Below, piece after piece: positions 1-56,404 of a DNA stretch of 64,000 nt. A program made the position numbers and the translations under genes. Each line of letters starts with the position of its first letter. The first letter of the stretch is position 1. Origin of the DNA: Chrysomallon squamiferum (taxonomy: Eukaryota > Animalia > Mollusca); assembly GCA_012295275.1 (NCBI GenBank), contig CM022675.1, positions 16,492,001-16,556,000 on the forward strand. Direction: 5' to 3'. A model generated the notes under the pieces. The model did no database searches, was not told the DNA's origin, and was given only the letters and a program-made list of their open reading frames with translations.

Positions 1-1612
1 GGAGTGATGAAAAGACATTAACAGAATCTTTGAAATTAACTTAAAGAGATTAAAAGGTGTCCATGGATTTATCACATTAAATGAAGTGATGCAAATAGAT
101 TAGAAGTCCATGTAATGTGGACTGACATTTCCACTCTTGTAATTGACAACATTTATGGTGCAGAATGGGTTTAGGTTTCTTTAAAGATTTATTTCATTAA
201 GAAGCAGCCCAAAGTTACAATATGCTGCTTATATTTCTTTCCATGATTTATGGAGAACATTTTATAAAAATGTATGTTTTAGTCTCTACCAAATAAATTT
301 GTGAAAACATGTTTACATATGCCCAGATTTTTTACCTATTGCAGCTATCTTGTGTTGGCTGAACAAGTAGTTCATCATATGACATGACACATTTTCCATA
401 TTTTATATCCCATCAGAGATACAATATATATTATCCATATCTCTGATTAAGTTAAATGTTTCAGATAATCACTCAGATTAAGGGACCATGTATTAACTGG
501 TGTTCAGTTGTTTTTCATTTATTTTTTATTTTATTTTTTTCTATTATTATGTATAGTACTAAATGGAAATATTATTTATAAATCTAAATCTTAGTTACAT
601 GATTTTAATCAGTACACAACTAAACAAGTTTTATTAACTAGAAAGTATTATGGTAATTTTATGTTTTTATTTTTATACTTTGTCAAGGACACGGGGACTC
701 AGTCTTTGTATTTAATTTGCATTCTTTATTAATTCTTAATTTAATTTTATTTAATTTAATTTTTAAAATTTTTAAATTAAGTTTATTTGATTTTATTATT
801 TTTAGAATAATGTATTTTTTTTTTTTTTTTTTTTGTTAATTATTTAATTTAATAGAATAAAAACCAAATAAATGCATTTTAAAAAGATTTTAAACATTTT
901 CAGAAAAAGAATGTTTATTATTATCTCGTTAGTATCTGGTGAAAGATTACAGACACAGAGAGTAGTGTAATGTTGTTTTTCATACTGACCACTAGGTGTG
1001 ACTAGATAGTACAAAGTCAAGATCTACTTCAGTTTTATCTCTCTTTCATGTTGGGCTGTAAAATGCTTTGACCTGATTTTAATTTGAGTTTTATCTTAAT
1101 GGAAATACAGTATGGTCCATAATAACAATCCTTTAACCATTTTACAGCTCTTCCCATTATGACTTTTATTTGATTACTCAAATGAACAGAAGTTAAAATT
1201 ATGTTCTTAAAAAGTTCTTTCTGATTAATTGCATCAACACAAACTGTAGCACATTTTGAAGGAATGGTATTCACAAGCAGTTTGAACTGAAAGTTTGTGA
1301 AAGAAAATCACAGTTTGTTTCTGCCATTACTCATTACTATCAAAAGAAACCACTTCACCATTAAATTTACTGTTACAGTGAAACTTAGCTTCTAACATAC
1401 CTCTGTCATCAGATTGGCTGTCACTGTGAAACCAATTATTATAATCAACTTCACTGCCAGAATGAGAGATATAGTTTGAGGGGAAAAGAAAGAGATTTGA
1501 ACAGGGATTGGCATGTAAGAGAAAAACAATTATGAAGATACAGAATGTGATTGTTATGATTTTGTGTTGTCTGTAAAGAACTGTTTTTTAAGATTAATTT
1601 TGTTTGTTTCAG

Positions 1613-43051
<41,439 letters not shown>

Positions 43052-46000
43052 TGTTTCTCAAACATTTCACTGTTTATGTTGAGGGGTCCCATTTCTTCAC
43101 CAAGTCAGGAAGAGTTTACAATTCACGTGATGATCGGAACTGGAAAATAGAACTAGTGCTTTAACTAACAGTATTATCAAATAATACAGCGCATGGCCAC
43201 ACCCATGTTCTGCGACTCTTAAAATTTGTTTTCTTTACAGAATTAAATTTTTTAATCTTTTTTAAGGAATGAACTACAGGAAACAGATGTTTTTTTTCAG
43301 TTATAAAAAATACTTTTTTTTCTGAAAGATTCCAAACACTATTTTATAGTCAACAAAAAACCAATAATAATAAAAAGCTTTTCACACAAACAAATATAAA
43401 GAATATATATATTATTTTTCAAACCATGAAGATATAAAGAATACTTGTGAAGTAAACATTTTCTTAAATAGCTTTCTCTCATTTATCTTCTGTGTGATGG
43501 TGACAGAAAATTGCTTGCATAGTAAGATTCACTGTCACAGTAGGCTGACAAAGTGTTTTCGTTTTTGTATTTTTTCAACTTCATCTGAGTATTTTGACAG
43601 TTAAAATATTTGTACTATGAAACAAAATGAAATACTGGATTTTGTCTTTATTATGATTATTATTATTATTCTGATGTTCGGTTCAAAAATTTATATTTTA
43701 AACAAAACGGAAAAAAAAAAGACTGACTTAAGGCACATTTAGTGGAGATAACAAATTTGTTTTTGCAAATAATTATTTCACTGAAAATAATGACAGTAAT
43801 AAAAAAATATTTTAAAAAAAAGCAATGGTAGATTTGCTCCATTTTTTTAAACTTGTTTTTACTTTATAACAAATGTTTTATTCTGTCATGCAAAACAATA
43901 AAAATTAAAATTAGGGGTTGGCTTAATTCAAATTGAAAAATAATATATCACAGTATTTAGATGGAAATTTTTCATTTATTTTTTTAATTTTTATTATTAC
44001 TACTACTACTGTTATTTTATTTTTTATTTTTTAAAAAGTAAAAACATAATTTACAAGCCATGAACTAAAGTGTAAACAGAAAGGACTGTATTAGAAAGAG
44101 TCACATTACATTACCCTGAAATCCAGTGTGAACTGTTCAAAATGTGTTTGTTGCTGAAGCTGGAAGAGAAATGATTCAGGAGACAAAACTGACATCTCCA
44201 TACTTGTGAACATTACTTGTTGTGATAGTTTATTTCTTCATTTGTTTTCATTTAGTTCTTAAATGTGCACACAATTCCCACAAAGATCTCTTTTAGACTG
44301 GCAGTAATTAATTCCACCAAAACATCTTTTGTTCAGGCCACATACTGAATAAACATTAGTTTCATTCTTTAAAATTAAATTAAATTGAAAATTACTGGCA
44401 TGAACTTATTGTGTAACAGATAAAAATGTGAAATGAAATATCTCAATTCTTTTGTTGTCTGATGACAGAACAGTTTTAAATAAAATATCAACTGTTTAAT
44501 AACAATTTTGAATTTTGGTTAATTTCAAAGATTAAATATATGTTTTTTCAGTATGATCCATTTTTTAGATAAATGTTTTTGGTAGAAATAATACTTTGTT
44601 TAGACGCATTGGTCTAAAATAGATCTGTTTAGGAAATTGTGACACGAATGTCTTTAAAGTTAGTCTTAGCTTCTCAGTAACATCAGTGTACTTACCAGGT
44701 GAATTTAGTTCTCTAGGATGTTTTAGCATTTCTCTAAAACTTCATTACAATGTACTCATTTCATTCTTAAATTATTTTTAATTATGTTCTTAGGATCATC
44801 CCTGTAATCTTTCACATTGTGAGGGTTACAACTGATACATGATGTTATTCACGTTAATATTTATGTGGTCTACACAAGTAGATACAAGTCCTTTTTGTTA
44901 ATATTAGCAGGTTTTTTGTTGTGTTTTTTAAACATAACAAAGTTGTTATTTAAAAATATATATTTTAACAATGCATTTACTGATTTTGTTTTAGAGAAAT
45001 ATTTGAAATGTAACTCAGTAAAATAGTTATCAGAAAAAAATTAAAACAACAATAGCATTTACCACATTTGCTTTTTTTATTATAATTACCATTACTATGA
45101 TTATTATTATTATTACTATTACTATTATTATTATTATTGTTATTATCATCATCATCATTAGAATACAGTGTAATGATAAAATTTATGTAGATTATTTGTA
45201 TTAACAATGAAATAGTATTGACAACAATCTATTAAAAAAAAATCACCTTTTAGACAATTTTATCCAATATTTTATGTATCATAAATTTATTTATACAAAA
45301 GTTATTCCTTTATTTTCTTCATCATATTTGCAATCAAGACAAAATTGTGTATAAAATGTAAACATTAGCTAATTTTACAGTTTAATTAACACTTCATATT
45401 AAGACAGAAAAGAAAAAAAAAAGTCTAAAAAAATAGTTAAAACTTCATATAACTATGTGACAACAGTTACAAGAATATTGTTAACAAATGTCAACAAAAT
45501 GGATTTTTTTAGCAAGATTTCCTTTTTAAATAATGGTTTACACCAGTACCAAAAGTGGGCAAATATATAATACTCTAAAAATTTAAAATAATTTGTTTTT
45601 AATATTCATTTGCTAGTTTGGTGATGAAATGTTACCCACTTACCAAAGACAAATGAAATTTAGTCTAAACCTGTAACTTACAGAAACGTTTTTACAAAAG
45701 ATTTGATCTTTTAACAGTTTTTAGAAGAATGTTTCTAGCGAAGCAGTCTGTTTGAAAGATGCTTGTATGAATGATTATTATGAATTATACTGTGTGAGAG
45801 TTGTATTTATTAATGTTACTTGTGAAAACTGGAAGTGCAATCTGAAACAGAAAAACATCATTGTAAATATACCATAGTGTTTTATCAGTGTAAATAGTCT
45901 GTACAGAATGTGTATACCTCAGCTCTGCTGCTTGCACAATATTTACACAGCTGTACTACAACTACACAACTAAGTTATTAACATCTCATTGCTAATGTAA

Positions 46001-47701
46001 CATTAAAAGTCATGGCAGTTACAATAAAATACTAAGAATCTTTGAAAGGTGTTTTCATAGTCAAAATATATATTTTATATATATATATATATATATTTTT
46101 TTTTTTTCCTTCAGGTAATTATGGTGTAGTTAAAATGTTTTTGTTTTTCTTCATCAAATAATTAAACTTGAATAGCTGAAATGTTATCTTTTGTGATTAC
46201 CTAGTTGAAATGTTTTGTTTCCAACAAGTAATAATGACCAGAATAAATATTTATATTTTCAATTACTGTATTTGAAATGCATTGTAAAAATGTATGTGAC
46301 CTCATGAAGTTTGGGTGTGTCAGCTTTCTGCAGATTTGTCAGTTATAGACTGATAAATAATTAGAAAAATCAATTCTAATACAATATTTAGATGATTTAT
46401 CTTGTTGAAGTTGAAAAATATTGTCATAATTTTCAAAACATAATCATGTTGAGTATCCCAGCTTCATTTTTACAGAATGTAGAATGGGGGTTTTTCAGTT
46501 TCCTAAAGGTATGCCTGATAATTTTAGGTCACAATTTTGGGGGGGGTAGGTTTGTGGGGGGTTTAAATAATAATTATAGCAATAAATTGAAGTCTAAATA
46601 ATAAAAAGTGCATTCTTAACTTTGTAACTCAAATAATGAAATTGCTAACAAGTAAAAGTAATTTCTGCTACACTAAATGTCAGTGAGTTGTACAAGTGAA
46701 TCAGGGATTTCAGAAACAGCAACACAATGATGTGGTAAATATAATTTACATGTTAATTTTATTATAAAGGCTTAAAAAAAGCTAATTTTCACAAAACATA
46801 TATGAAGGAGAATATTGACAATGTGGTAATCAATATAGAAAATCACTTTACAATGTTATTGCTTTCTTAGAGCTGTATGTGCCTAGCACAAATCTCAAAT
46901 TCATTACTTTTCTATGTCATCATACAAACTTTGATGAACACAGTTTCAGTAATAATCCTTTTAGAACTGACCAGATACTTGCTCGAATTAACACAAGGTA
47001 ATTTTTAATCCTTTTATTGCAAAAATGTTCAGACATTTGTCAGTGTTAAACTTTTACTTCTTTAGAGTTCTGTTAAAAGATAGAATTATTTTGGTTAATT
47101 GTTTTTGTATCCATGTTTAGAACAGATGGGTTTCACATCCCAGCCAGTGAGAAGCATTGTTACAAATCATCAGTGATATGACATTAACACTTTACATCCA
47201 GCAATGTGTGCAGTAATTTGACAGAAGTGCTAAAAGGGTTAATGCTGTTTGAAATTAAAGTTATCAGATCAGTTTCAGCAGAATTCACAAAGCTTGATGC
47301 TATGTATTCTTCACTGTGCTCGACGTAGAATTTATAAAAAAAATGCAAACTCATCTTGTCATTACAAATTATTATCCATTAAAAATCATACTTATTGTAA
47401 ACTTTTTTTTTCGTTTTCTTTCCTATTTTGAAGCTATCCATTTTTAAAAATTTAGGTAAATCACATTTTCAGTAAATGATGTGTTTAATTAATTTTATTT
47501 ATTTATAAGTGTAATGAAATTACTTTATCTTTGGGTGGGTGTATGATTTATTTGTGCTGATTTTTGTTAATCATGGAAAGAAAACTTTAAAACATTTCAG
47601 TCAACATTTTTAATAAATAATGTTTTGAAATTAATTGAACTTTTGTCTTATTTTTAATCAATAACTGAACAGCAGACATTTCATTTCATAAAAATATATT
47701 T

Positions 47702-47738
<37 letters not shown>

Positions 47739-48156
47739 CTGTATTTCTGTCAATTGTAAAAATAAAAGTGAGAAATGGAGACCACATTTTCTTTTTTGAG
47801 GGAGGTTAACATATTTATTAGTATTATTAATAATCTTGTATATAGAATAACTATTCTGCCAGCAACAAAAGAAGTTTAAAATCATATTTAAATTCAAGGA
47901 AGGCCTAACAAATCTATTGTCTAAATTCTATGTGCCAAAATGTTACTTGAGTAATTAAAATTTACTTTGTGTAATTTAAACTGCAATACACAAGATTTGT
48001 TTTGGCTGATTGTTTAACTTTGAAGTGTTTAAAATGAGGTGTAAACTGTAAAGTTACAGCTTCACTGTATTTGCAGTGAGTGTTTTTTGCAGATGCAGTG
48101 TACTGTCAAGATACCATGTAGATAAGAATTTTATCTTGACTGAAGCGCAAGTATTC

Positions 48157-48162
48157 AATAAA
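48157..48162 (+). terminator. Candidate distal polyadenylation signal of AGAP (implies about 5 kb 3' UTR)
   Basis: AATAAA followed about 20 nt later by a GT/T-rich tract, shortly before the convergent gene; many other AATAAA occur by chance in this AT-rich DNA. Confidence 0.3.
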
Positions 48163-48523
48163 TATGTGAACATTGAAAATCTTCTGTTGTTTCTTTTTGG
48201 AAATTAGCTTAGAATGTATTATTAAGGAAGTATTAATTGTCAGGTAATCCAAAACACATCAGATGTTCAACCTTCTCTGAAAAATGGAATATGGAAACAT
48301 TTACCCAGTTTTGTGGGTCTAAAATTCTTTATCACAGAGACCAGAAAAAAATCATACTGATGATGGGAATACCCTTAAATTTTCACAAAAGCTGTGTTTA
48401 AATCTTCTTCCTTGAACAAGGAACATCCTTCATCAATCTAAGAAATGTTCCTGCCCTTTTTTAAAGGAACATTTTCATCCTTTATTATTAGTAATAGCAG
48501 TAGAAACAATAGTAAGTGGCAGC

Positions 48524-48800
48524 AGTAGTACAGTAGCATAAATAGTAGGAGTAGTTGATGTAGTGGTAGTACAGTAGCATAAATAGTAGGAGTAGTTGAT
48601 GTAGTGGTAGTACAGTAGCATAAATAGTAGTGGTAGTACAGTAGCATAAATAGGAGTAGTTGTAGTAGTGGTAGTACAGTAGCATAAATAGTAGGAGTAG
48701 TTGTAGTAGTGGTAGTACAGTAGCATAAATAGTAGGAGTAGTTGTAGTAGTGGTAGTACAGTAGCATAAACAGTAAGAATAGTTGTAGTAGTGGTGGTGC
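48524..48800. repeat. About 41-bp GTA-rich minisatellite
   Basis: GTAGTGGTAGTACAGTAGCATAAATAGTAGGAGTAGTTG, about 7 copies. Confidence 0.9.
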
Positions 48801-48928
48801 TGCTAATAGTAGTAACATTTTTGTTATTGAAAACTTGTTTTTGAATCAGTCAATCATTCCTTTTAGATGTTTAATCTTACAATCTTGTCTGTCCTTTAAC
48901 ATTTCTAGTGCTGATTCCACAAATGATT

Positions 48929-50437
48929 TTAGTGATCTTCAGTTAGTCTATATGTTTCACAGTTTACATAGTCATGATCACTGAAACTGGAATATGAATC
49001 ATTCACATAGTTGCTTTCATCATTGTTTTGACAAAATGAGTTATTAACACAGTTACCATTGTTGGGGCAAAGTGAATCATTTTCATAGTTACCACTTTCA
49101 TGGCAAATTGAACTGTTTTCATAGTTACCACTTTCATGGCAATTTGAATTGTTTTCCTTGTTACCACTTTCATGGCAAATTGAATCATTCACACAATTGA
49201 TATCATTTTGGTTTAGTAAGTTATCATTAATTTTGCATGTTGAATCATCAACAAAGCTGACATTAGTATTATTACAAACTGAGTTACAATTTTCATTATC
49301 TTTGTCTTGACAATTTGAATCAGAAACATTCTTATCAGAATGATGAAAATTTGAGTCAGAAACATTATTCTTATTGTCAGAATGATGACAGTTTGAAAGA
49401 TTTTTATTAGCAGGATTAGTTCGATGTCCATACATTTTGCAATTAACATAGTCATGAACATTATCTTCATCCACAAAAGTGACCCAGTTTGAGTCATTCA
49501 TATAATCACCTGTGTTTGAATTATCACTGTCACGGTTAGAATCATCATCTGTGTGGTGATCATTTGAGTCCCGGACATAATCATTACTAACAACATGTTC
49601 TTCATACAGTGTGCTGGAACACTGTGATGGAATGGTTTTGTTCAGGACATTGTCATTACAACTACAACAACACATGTTGTCACTGGCGTCATGTAGAACT
49701 GATTTGTTAGATAAAATTTTGCCAACATCACGTTTGTTTTTAACTGGTGACATTGCAGCATTTCTGTTCACCTGTGGAGTGTTGTTAGTTTTTGTTTTGC
49801 TGAAAACTGTGTTTTCACACTTCAGGTCTGACTTGTGTTTTACAGCTTCAGCTGGATTCACCAGAATAAAATTAAACTTTGACTGTATTTTTTCACAAAT
49901 TTTGTCACAAACATTTCCAGGCTGGAATTTGGGTTCATTCAGTAATTCATGGCAATCTTCTTTTTCTACCAAATTTTCTCCTGATTCAGCTTTATAGTCA
50001 TCTTGTTCTGTTAAACTTTCTCTGCTTATGCCAGGTAACTGTTCAAGTTCGTAAGGATCTGGAACCAGTTCCAGGTAGCCATGGCTGGAATCTGAACTGA
50101 GTGTTGATGTTTTGTCACTCTGAGTGACATATGAGTGACATCTGTAGGCTGGTTGAACTGTGGAGAGGTTTTCCTCACTTAAATCAGTTATGTAAAAAAC
50201 ACTGGAAGACAGACTTAAAATTACATCAGCTTGTTGAGATTTTCTGGGCATTGTTACCGGTTTTGTTTTGAAACATAACCTTTTTTTTCTGTTAAATAAA
50301 AACAAATTATAATAGTGACATCCACAAAAAAAAGGATGATGTAATTATTTTCTGTTGGTTTGTGTGTGTATGTGTGTGTGTCTGTGTGTGTCTGTGTGTG
50401 TGTGTGTGTGCGTTTGTATCTGTGTCTGACTGTGTGT

Positions 50438-50479
<42 letters not shown>

Positions 50480-50570
50480 CTGTGTGTGTGTCTGTGTGTG
50501 TGTGTGCGTTTGTATCTGTGTCTGACTGTGTGTGTGTCTGTGTGTGTGTGTGCGTTTGTATCTGTGTCTG

Positions 50571-50637
<67 letters not shown>

Positions 50638-50790
50638 CAGGCAAAATGTTTGAGAGATTAACAAACTACCCAGCTCTTTTATCATTAGTTGTTTAATGAA
50701 TGTTTGTTTCACTTTGTTGTTACCTTTTCATCCACAACATGCCAAGAATTACAAGAATGACAATGAAACAGGCGACGCAGATACATGCAA
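48929..50790 (-). CDS. Uncharacterised single-pass membrane protein with long tyrosine-motif-rich cytoplasmic tail (TM exon 50724-50790 plus last exon 48929-50288; N-terminus unresolved)
   Basis: 458-codon non-satellite ORF with an acceptor at 50289/50290. The upstream 67-nt exon (tttcag ... AAAAG|gtaac) encodes ACICVACFIVILVILGMLWMKR and splices in phase to KKRLCF. The tail has YLEL, YMN, YVN x3 and YEN x2. Confidence 0.75.
50361..50637. repeat. Compound (TG)n microsatellite with repeated GCGTTTGTATCTGTGTCTGAC interruptions
   Basis: Direct observation; lies in the last intron of the minus-strand gene. Confidence 0.95.
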
Positions 50791-51290
50791 CTGAAACAAA
50801 TGAAACAATAAGCTAATTTTACACATTTTAGTTACTTTAGATATCAAATCTTTGTTCTTTTTTCGATGTATGAATTCCTGTTAACTGTTTAGTTTGGACC
50901 TTAAATTAACTTCATACTGTGTTTACCATGTCTGAAATCTCAACTGTTTATCATTTTATGAGATAAATTTTGATAGACTGAAAAGTTAGCCCATTACAAT
51001 GTATTCAGAGACACATATGTGTACACAGATACACATGCACATACACATACATACACAGATTATGGTAAATTTATGTTAGTATGTATTACATAAAATATAT
51101 ATATGTTTGTTTGTAATTACATTTGTTTTCATTAAATATTTAATAGTTGTAAACAGAACAAAAAATAACATTCTATTAATTTTCACAATTTTTAAACATA
51201 AAAAATATTTAAAATGTCATACATTTATTAATTTTATATTTATTTGAAAAGCACTTTTGTTAATTCCTTCTTGAATCTGGTTTTTATATA

Positions 51291-51337
<47 letters not shown>

Positions 51338-51839
51338 CTTACTTATTTACTTATTTATTTAGTTAGTTTTATGGATGTGATTTTAATAAGCACGTTAACT
51401 GGCAAACGTGTTCAACAGGAACAGGATCTCAGTATTAAAATGTTGTAATTTAAAAATTTGCTTATGAGGCACAGTATGGGATTATGTAAAATTTAAATAG
51501 CAAAGCATACAAATGATACAAAATGAGATTTTAACAAAGATTTAAACTTTGGAATAAAATTGCTAAATGACAAAAACTTCCAGGACTGCAATGTGTAAAT
51601 GGGCAAATAATAAATAAATAAACAAATAAAAAATAAATTTGGAAGTTGCAGTTTGTTTTATTTGCAGCAAGTAATATGTTTTGTATTTCATATAAGCCTC
51701 GAAACAGATTTATTAAATGGAATCAGACGATTACTAATATGATTTCGTTTCATTAAATGCAAGACAAATAACGATTTATCACTCAAAAATGTATCAGTGA
51801 CTGATAACGAGAAAACTGAAAATAGCAAATCATGTTTAC

Positions 51840-52043
51840 ATGTTTCTTCAACATCTACGTGAAAAAAACCTGGCGTTTCGGAAGGGACATAACTCAAAGC
51901 CAAACATTTCCTATCACAGCTATAAAGAGTTAGGGATTAGTAATGATTTCAGAAAATCAGAGATTAAGTGTTAACAGTTGTTTAAGTCTTACCCGAATGA
52001 TCCTTCATTTACGTCAACTGACGAACTGAGCTCGATAGTATGG
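51840..52043 (-). CDS. Candidate upstream exons of the minus-strand membrane protein (51993-52043 and about 51840-51919)
   Basis: cttcag acceptor and GG|gtaaga donor; 73-nt intron with ctaac branch point and tttatag; one frame is open (HTIELSSSVDVNEGSFG-CDRKCLALSYVPSETPGFFHVDVEET); 3' donor uncertain. Confidence 0.4.
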
Positions 52044-52061
52044 CTGAAGATGTTAAAATTT

Positions 52062-52138
52062 TAATCTGTTTATATAATGAAAATAATTTCTTATTAATAT
52101 ATCTAAGTAACATATTTTTTATAACCAAATACATATGC

Positions 52139-52169
<31 letters not shown>

Positions 52170-52380
52170 TATATAGAAAATAAACAAATATATATATATA
52201 TCACACACAAAATGTACACAGGACACTGAAATGCACCTATTCATATGCAGTCATCCCACTGAAAATAAACATAAAATAGTTTATACAGAACCTAGAAAGA
52301 TTATAATCTGTTTATATAATGAAAATAATTTCTTATTAATATATCTAAGTAACATATTTTTTATAACCAAATACATACGC

Positions 52381-52411
<31 letters not shown>

Positions 52412-52515
52412 TATATAGAAAATAAACAAATATATAACCTACGTTCGAATACTCACACATCAAAATGTACACAGGACACTGAAATGCACCTATTCATATG
52501 CAGTCATCCCACTGA
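52062..52515. repeat. About 240-bp tandem duplication including an (AT)n tract
   Basis: 52062-52263 matches about 52304-52514. Confidence 0.88.
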
Positions 52516-53135
52516 CACACAATACACAAACATAATTAGATGAACACAAGTTTATATGCGCAGATACCTAGAAAGATTATACACTGATCTGAGATTAACT
52601 GAAGAATTATTTTTCCTTAATAGACAGGTACAAATACTTTTTCTTATTAAACCAAGAAGAAGAAATATAATCCATAACAAACTTATGTTAATAACAGTCA
52701 TTAAAACTGCAAAATGATTATGCAGGGTACATACAGATTTATATGAGTCATATAACCTCTACATCTTCAGTTATATTTTTGTATATTCGAGTGGTGTACA
52801 TTTTTCTATTTGTGAAAACTTATAACCTGTATACAAAATTTAAACTTAGTCTGCTCCAGAGGTCACGATAAGATATTTATGTGAGCAGTGAAATTGGGAT
52901 TTATTTATTGACATCGTAATGTTTTATTTCCAAATCGTTAATGTATACACATAGCACAAATAAATGAAAAAACAAATAAAAAAGCAAACAAAATAATATT
53001 AAATGGAAGACAGGTATGGAGCCATATTTAAGTAAATAACGATTTTCAGATATTTAGAGCTAAAAGTTTTCCAAAATGGCAGCTTATCACAGTTTTACAT
53101 TAATAAAAAGGCGTCTGCCAGTTGTTGTTGTTTTA

Positions 53136-53178
<43 letters not shown>

Positions 53179-53634
53179 CAGTATTATTATTATCAGTATT
53201 GTGATGAATAATAATGTTGTTGTTGTTGCTGTTAGTGGTAGTAGTAGCAGTAGCAGCAGAATTCGCTTGAATTAGCTCACATTAACATCCGGATTCACTA
53301 TGACAAATTTCCTAAAATAAAGTTTGTAAATTTGACGTAAAAAAAAAATTCCCCAGAATTATTTCGTGTAGTGTGTTTAATCAACTGAAAACTATTTCTT
53401 TAACAGGCACCTCGGGGAAGAGAATATAACAATACGTCTTTTTCTACCACACACCGCTCGCTTTTCTAAAACTTGCTCATGTCATGGCGCCCCAAGATGA
53501 TAAGATAAAATATACCAAGAAGCCTGTTTAATATTCGTGCACACGCGTTAATTTATCATTTACCGTAAATTTATGCGCATTTCAAAACGCGTAAGTGAGA
53601 ATAAATTGTACTTTTCTAAACATTCAAACAAATG

Positions 53635-53674
<40 letters not shown>

Positions 53675-54495
53675 TACAGTGGAATAATCATACGCAGTCA
53701 TAACCAGAAAGTATTTGTTTTTATTTTATAATTTAGTGTGGAGATTGGTTTATTTATCGTGTAATTTACATCTCGAAACTAACGTCTTTAATTATTTTTT
53801 ATCACCATTCTAAACATGTCATTTATTTAATAGTTAATTATGCTAAAAAAAATCATGTTACCTAAAAACACATAACACAAACTCTGCAGCCTGACCGCCC
53901 GAGACAGCAAGTAAGAATGTGAACATTTGAAAAGAAAGGGTTTCAAAACTGACGTTTGTGAGAAGTTTAACACTAAAAACAAGATCGTCTTAATGAATAG
54001 AGAACACAGAGACAGGCACAGCTCAGAGGAGAATTTATGTTTTCTATTAGTTTCTATAAACGTATCCCTGTATCAAAAATACATTACATGAACTCGTGCA
54101 TCTGAAAAGCCAGATGAGGACAGAGTCACAGTAGAGGATTCTGGAAAACGAGGATAGATACAGAAGAAGAGAGATTTGAGAACGTTTGAAACACTAGAAA
54201 TAGTGAGACATGAGGGTATGGAGATTCAGAAAGATAGAGATAGGAAGAACGAGAGACAGAGTCAGACATAGCTAATGGTATGGGAGAAAGAGATTGAGAC
54301 AACTGAAGAAATAAAGAAATAAACACACAGAGACGTTACATATGAAAAAAAGGATTAAAAAAGAAAAAAGATGTTAGAGGCAACGAAGACTGACTTAAGA
54401 CAATCAAAATACAGTTAGACTGATAATTAAAATATTTCATGTATTCAAAAAGAAAATCGATATAAATAATCATATTAATCCAATCATGCGCGTTC

Positions 54496-55120
<625 letters not shown>

Positions 55121-56404
55121 ACAACACATAAATATATGAATAGAAAGATTTTGGAGCAAAATTCAACATTTAAAATAGACCAATTCATGAATCACCTCTT
55201 ATTCTTCTTTTATGTCAGTTTAGTTCTGTATATATTATTTTCTCAAATCATATTACACATCCTTTGCAATGCTACTCTTTTGAAGATAACAAAGAACGGC
55301 GGGTATTTTATCATCCTTCATTTGTTTAATAGCTGTGACATTTCAGCACATTTTGGTATTACTGGCTATTAAATGTTTTAAGTTACTTATTTATTGTATA
55401 ATAAAACTGAAAGAGAGAACCCGCTTCGTGCACTGACTATTCTTCTACATTAATGTGTAAGGAGGGGGCAGATAATGTGAAATCGTAATGTATATATATA
55501 TATATATATATTATAGGCGACTCACTAATTACTCATTGTATAAATTACTCATAAAATCATGTCCTAGGAACAAATAACCAAACCGGTTTCAAATCAATGG
55601 GCTTTAATCACAGGTAATCACTGATAGAGAAATATTAAAGTGTACAACATTGTATCTCTGGCGTCTCCAAAGAGGACAAACTGACCAGATTCATAAAACT
55701 GTATTTAATTAATATGAAGCATAATAAAGATTCTCTAGTTGTAAAATCAGAACAAATCAAGTAAAAAAATTTAAAAACGAAAGGACATAAGACCAACGTC
55801 AACACCTTCACTAACAACTGTTTAAGGTTCTACAATGTCAGTGGCTAGAATGCACGCCTTGCTCTCTGAGCGAGTGAAAAAATGAATGTGCTCAGCAGAG
55901 CGAGCTGTTGTGAAGCACGTCTGCGACAGGCACGCTCTCTGAGCATTTCCCCCCTTAAATTTTAGGCAGCTGACGAAAGCTCCAAATAGAAGGTAGTCAT
56001 CTTAACGTATCTTGCTAGCACTTACTCCCTTCCGATTACTTTTATGAACCAGTTACTTCGAATACATTAAATATTATCCTTTATAGAATAGAGAACAATG
56101 GTTATTATTTCTCTATTCTACATTAGCATTAGTGGATGTTTTATATGCACTTACCTATAAACAGGAACATTGTTTTTACATATATAAATTGTGGTTACTG
56201 GCTAAAACACCTGAGATGATAAAAACTATAAGTCACATATAGAAAGTTGGGTGGCTGAATGTAAGTGGTGAAATTATTTTTGTATATGTCGTAAAATCCT
56301 ATATAATAATAGGAAACCTTGCGCTTTACAGAACTTACATATAGGTTGTTCGTCAACTTCATGCACATTTTTGGAACATCAGTTACAATAGATGCATGTA
56401 GAGC

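Noticed and set aside
48438-48818. Minus-strand Y/T-rich ORFs
   Set aside because: Translations of the GTA-rich minisatellite.
49611-50100. Plus-strand ORFs overlapping the 458-aa ORF
   Set aside because: Antisense shadows with no splice or motif support.
50254-50712. HT/CV-repeat ORFs
   Set aside because: (TG)n microsatellite within an intron.
53482-53484. In-frame TGA as selenocysteine
   Set aside because: No redox-motif context, no SECIS identified, and the coding status of the exon is itself uncertain.
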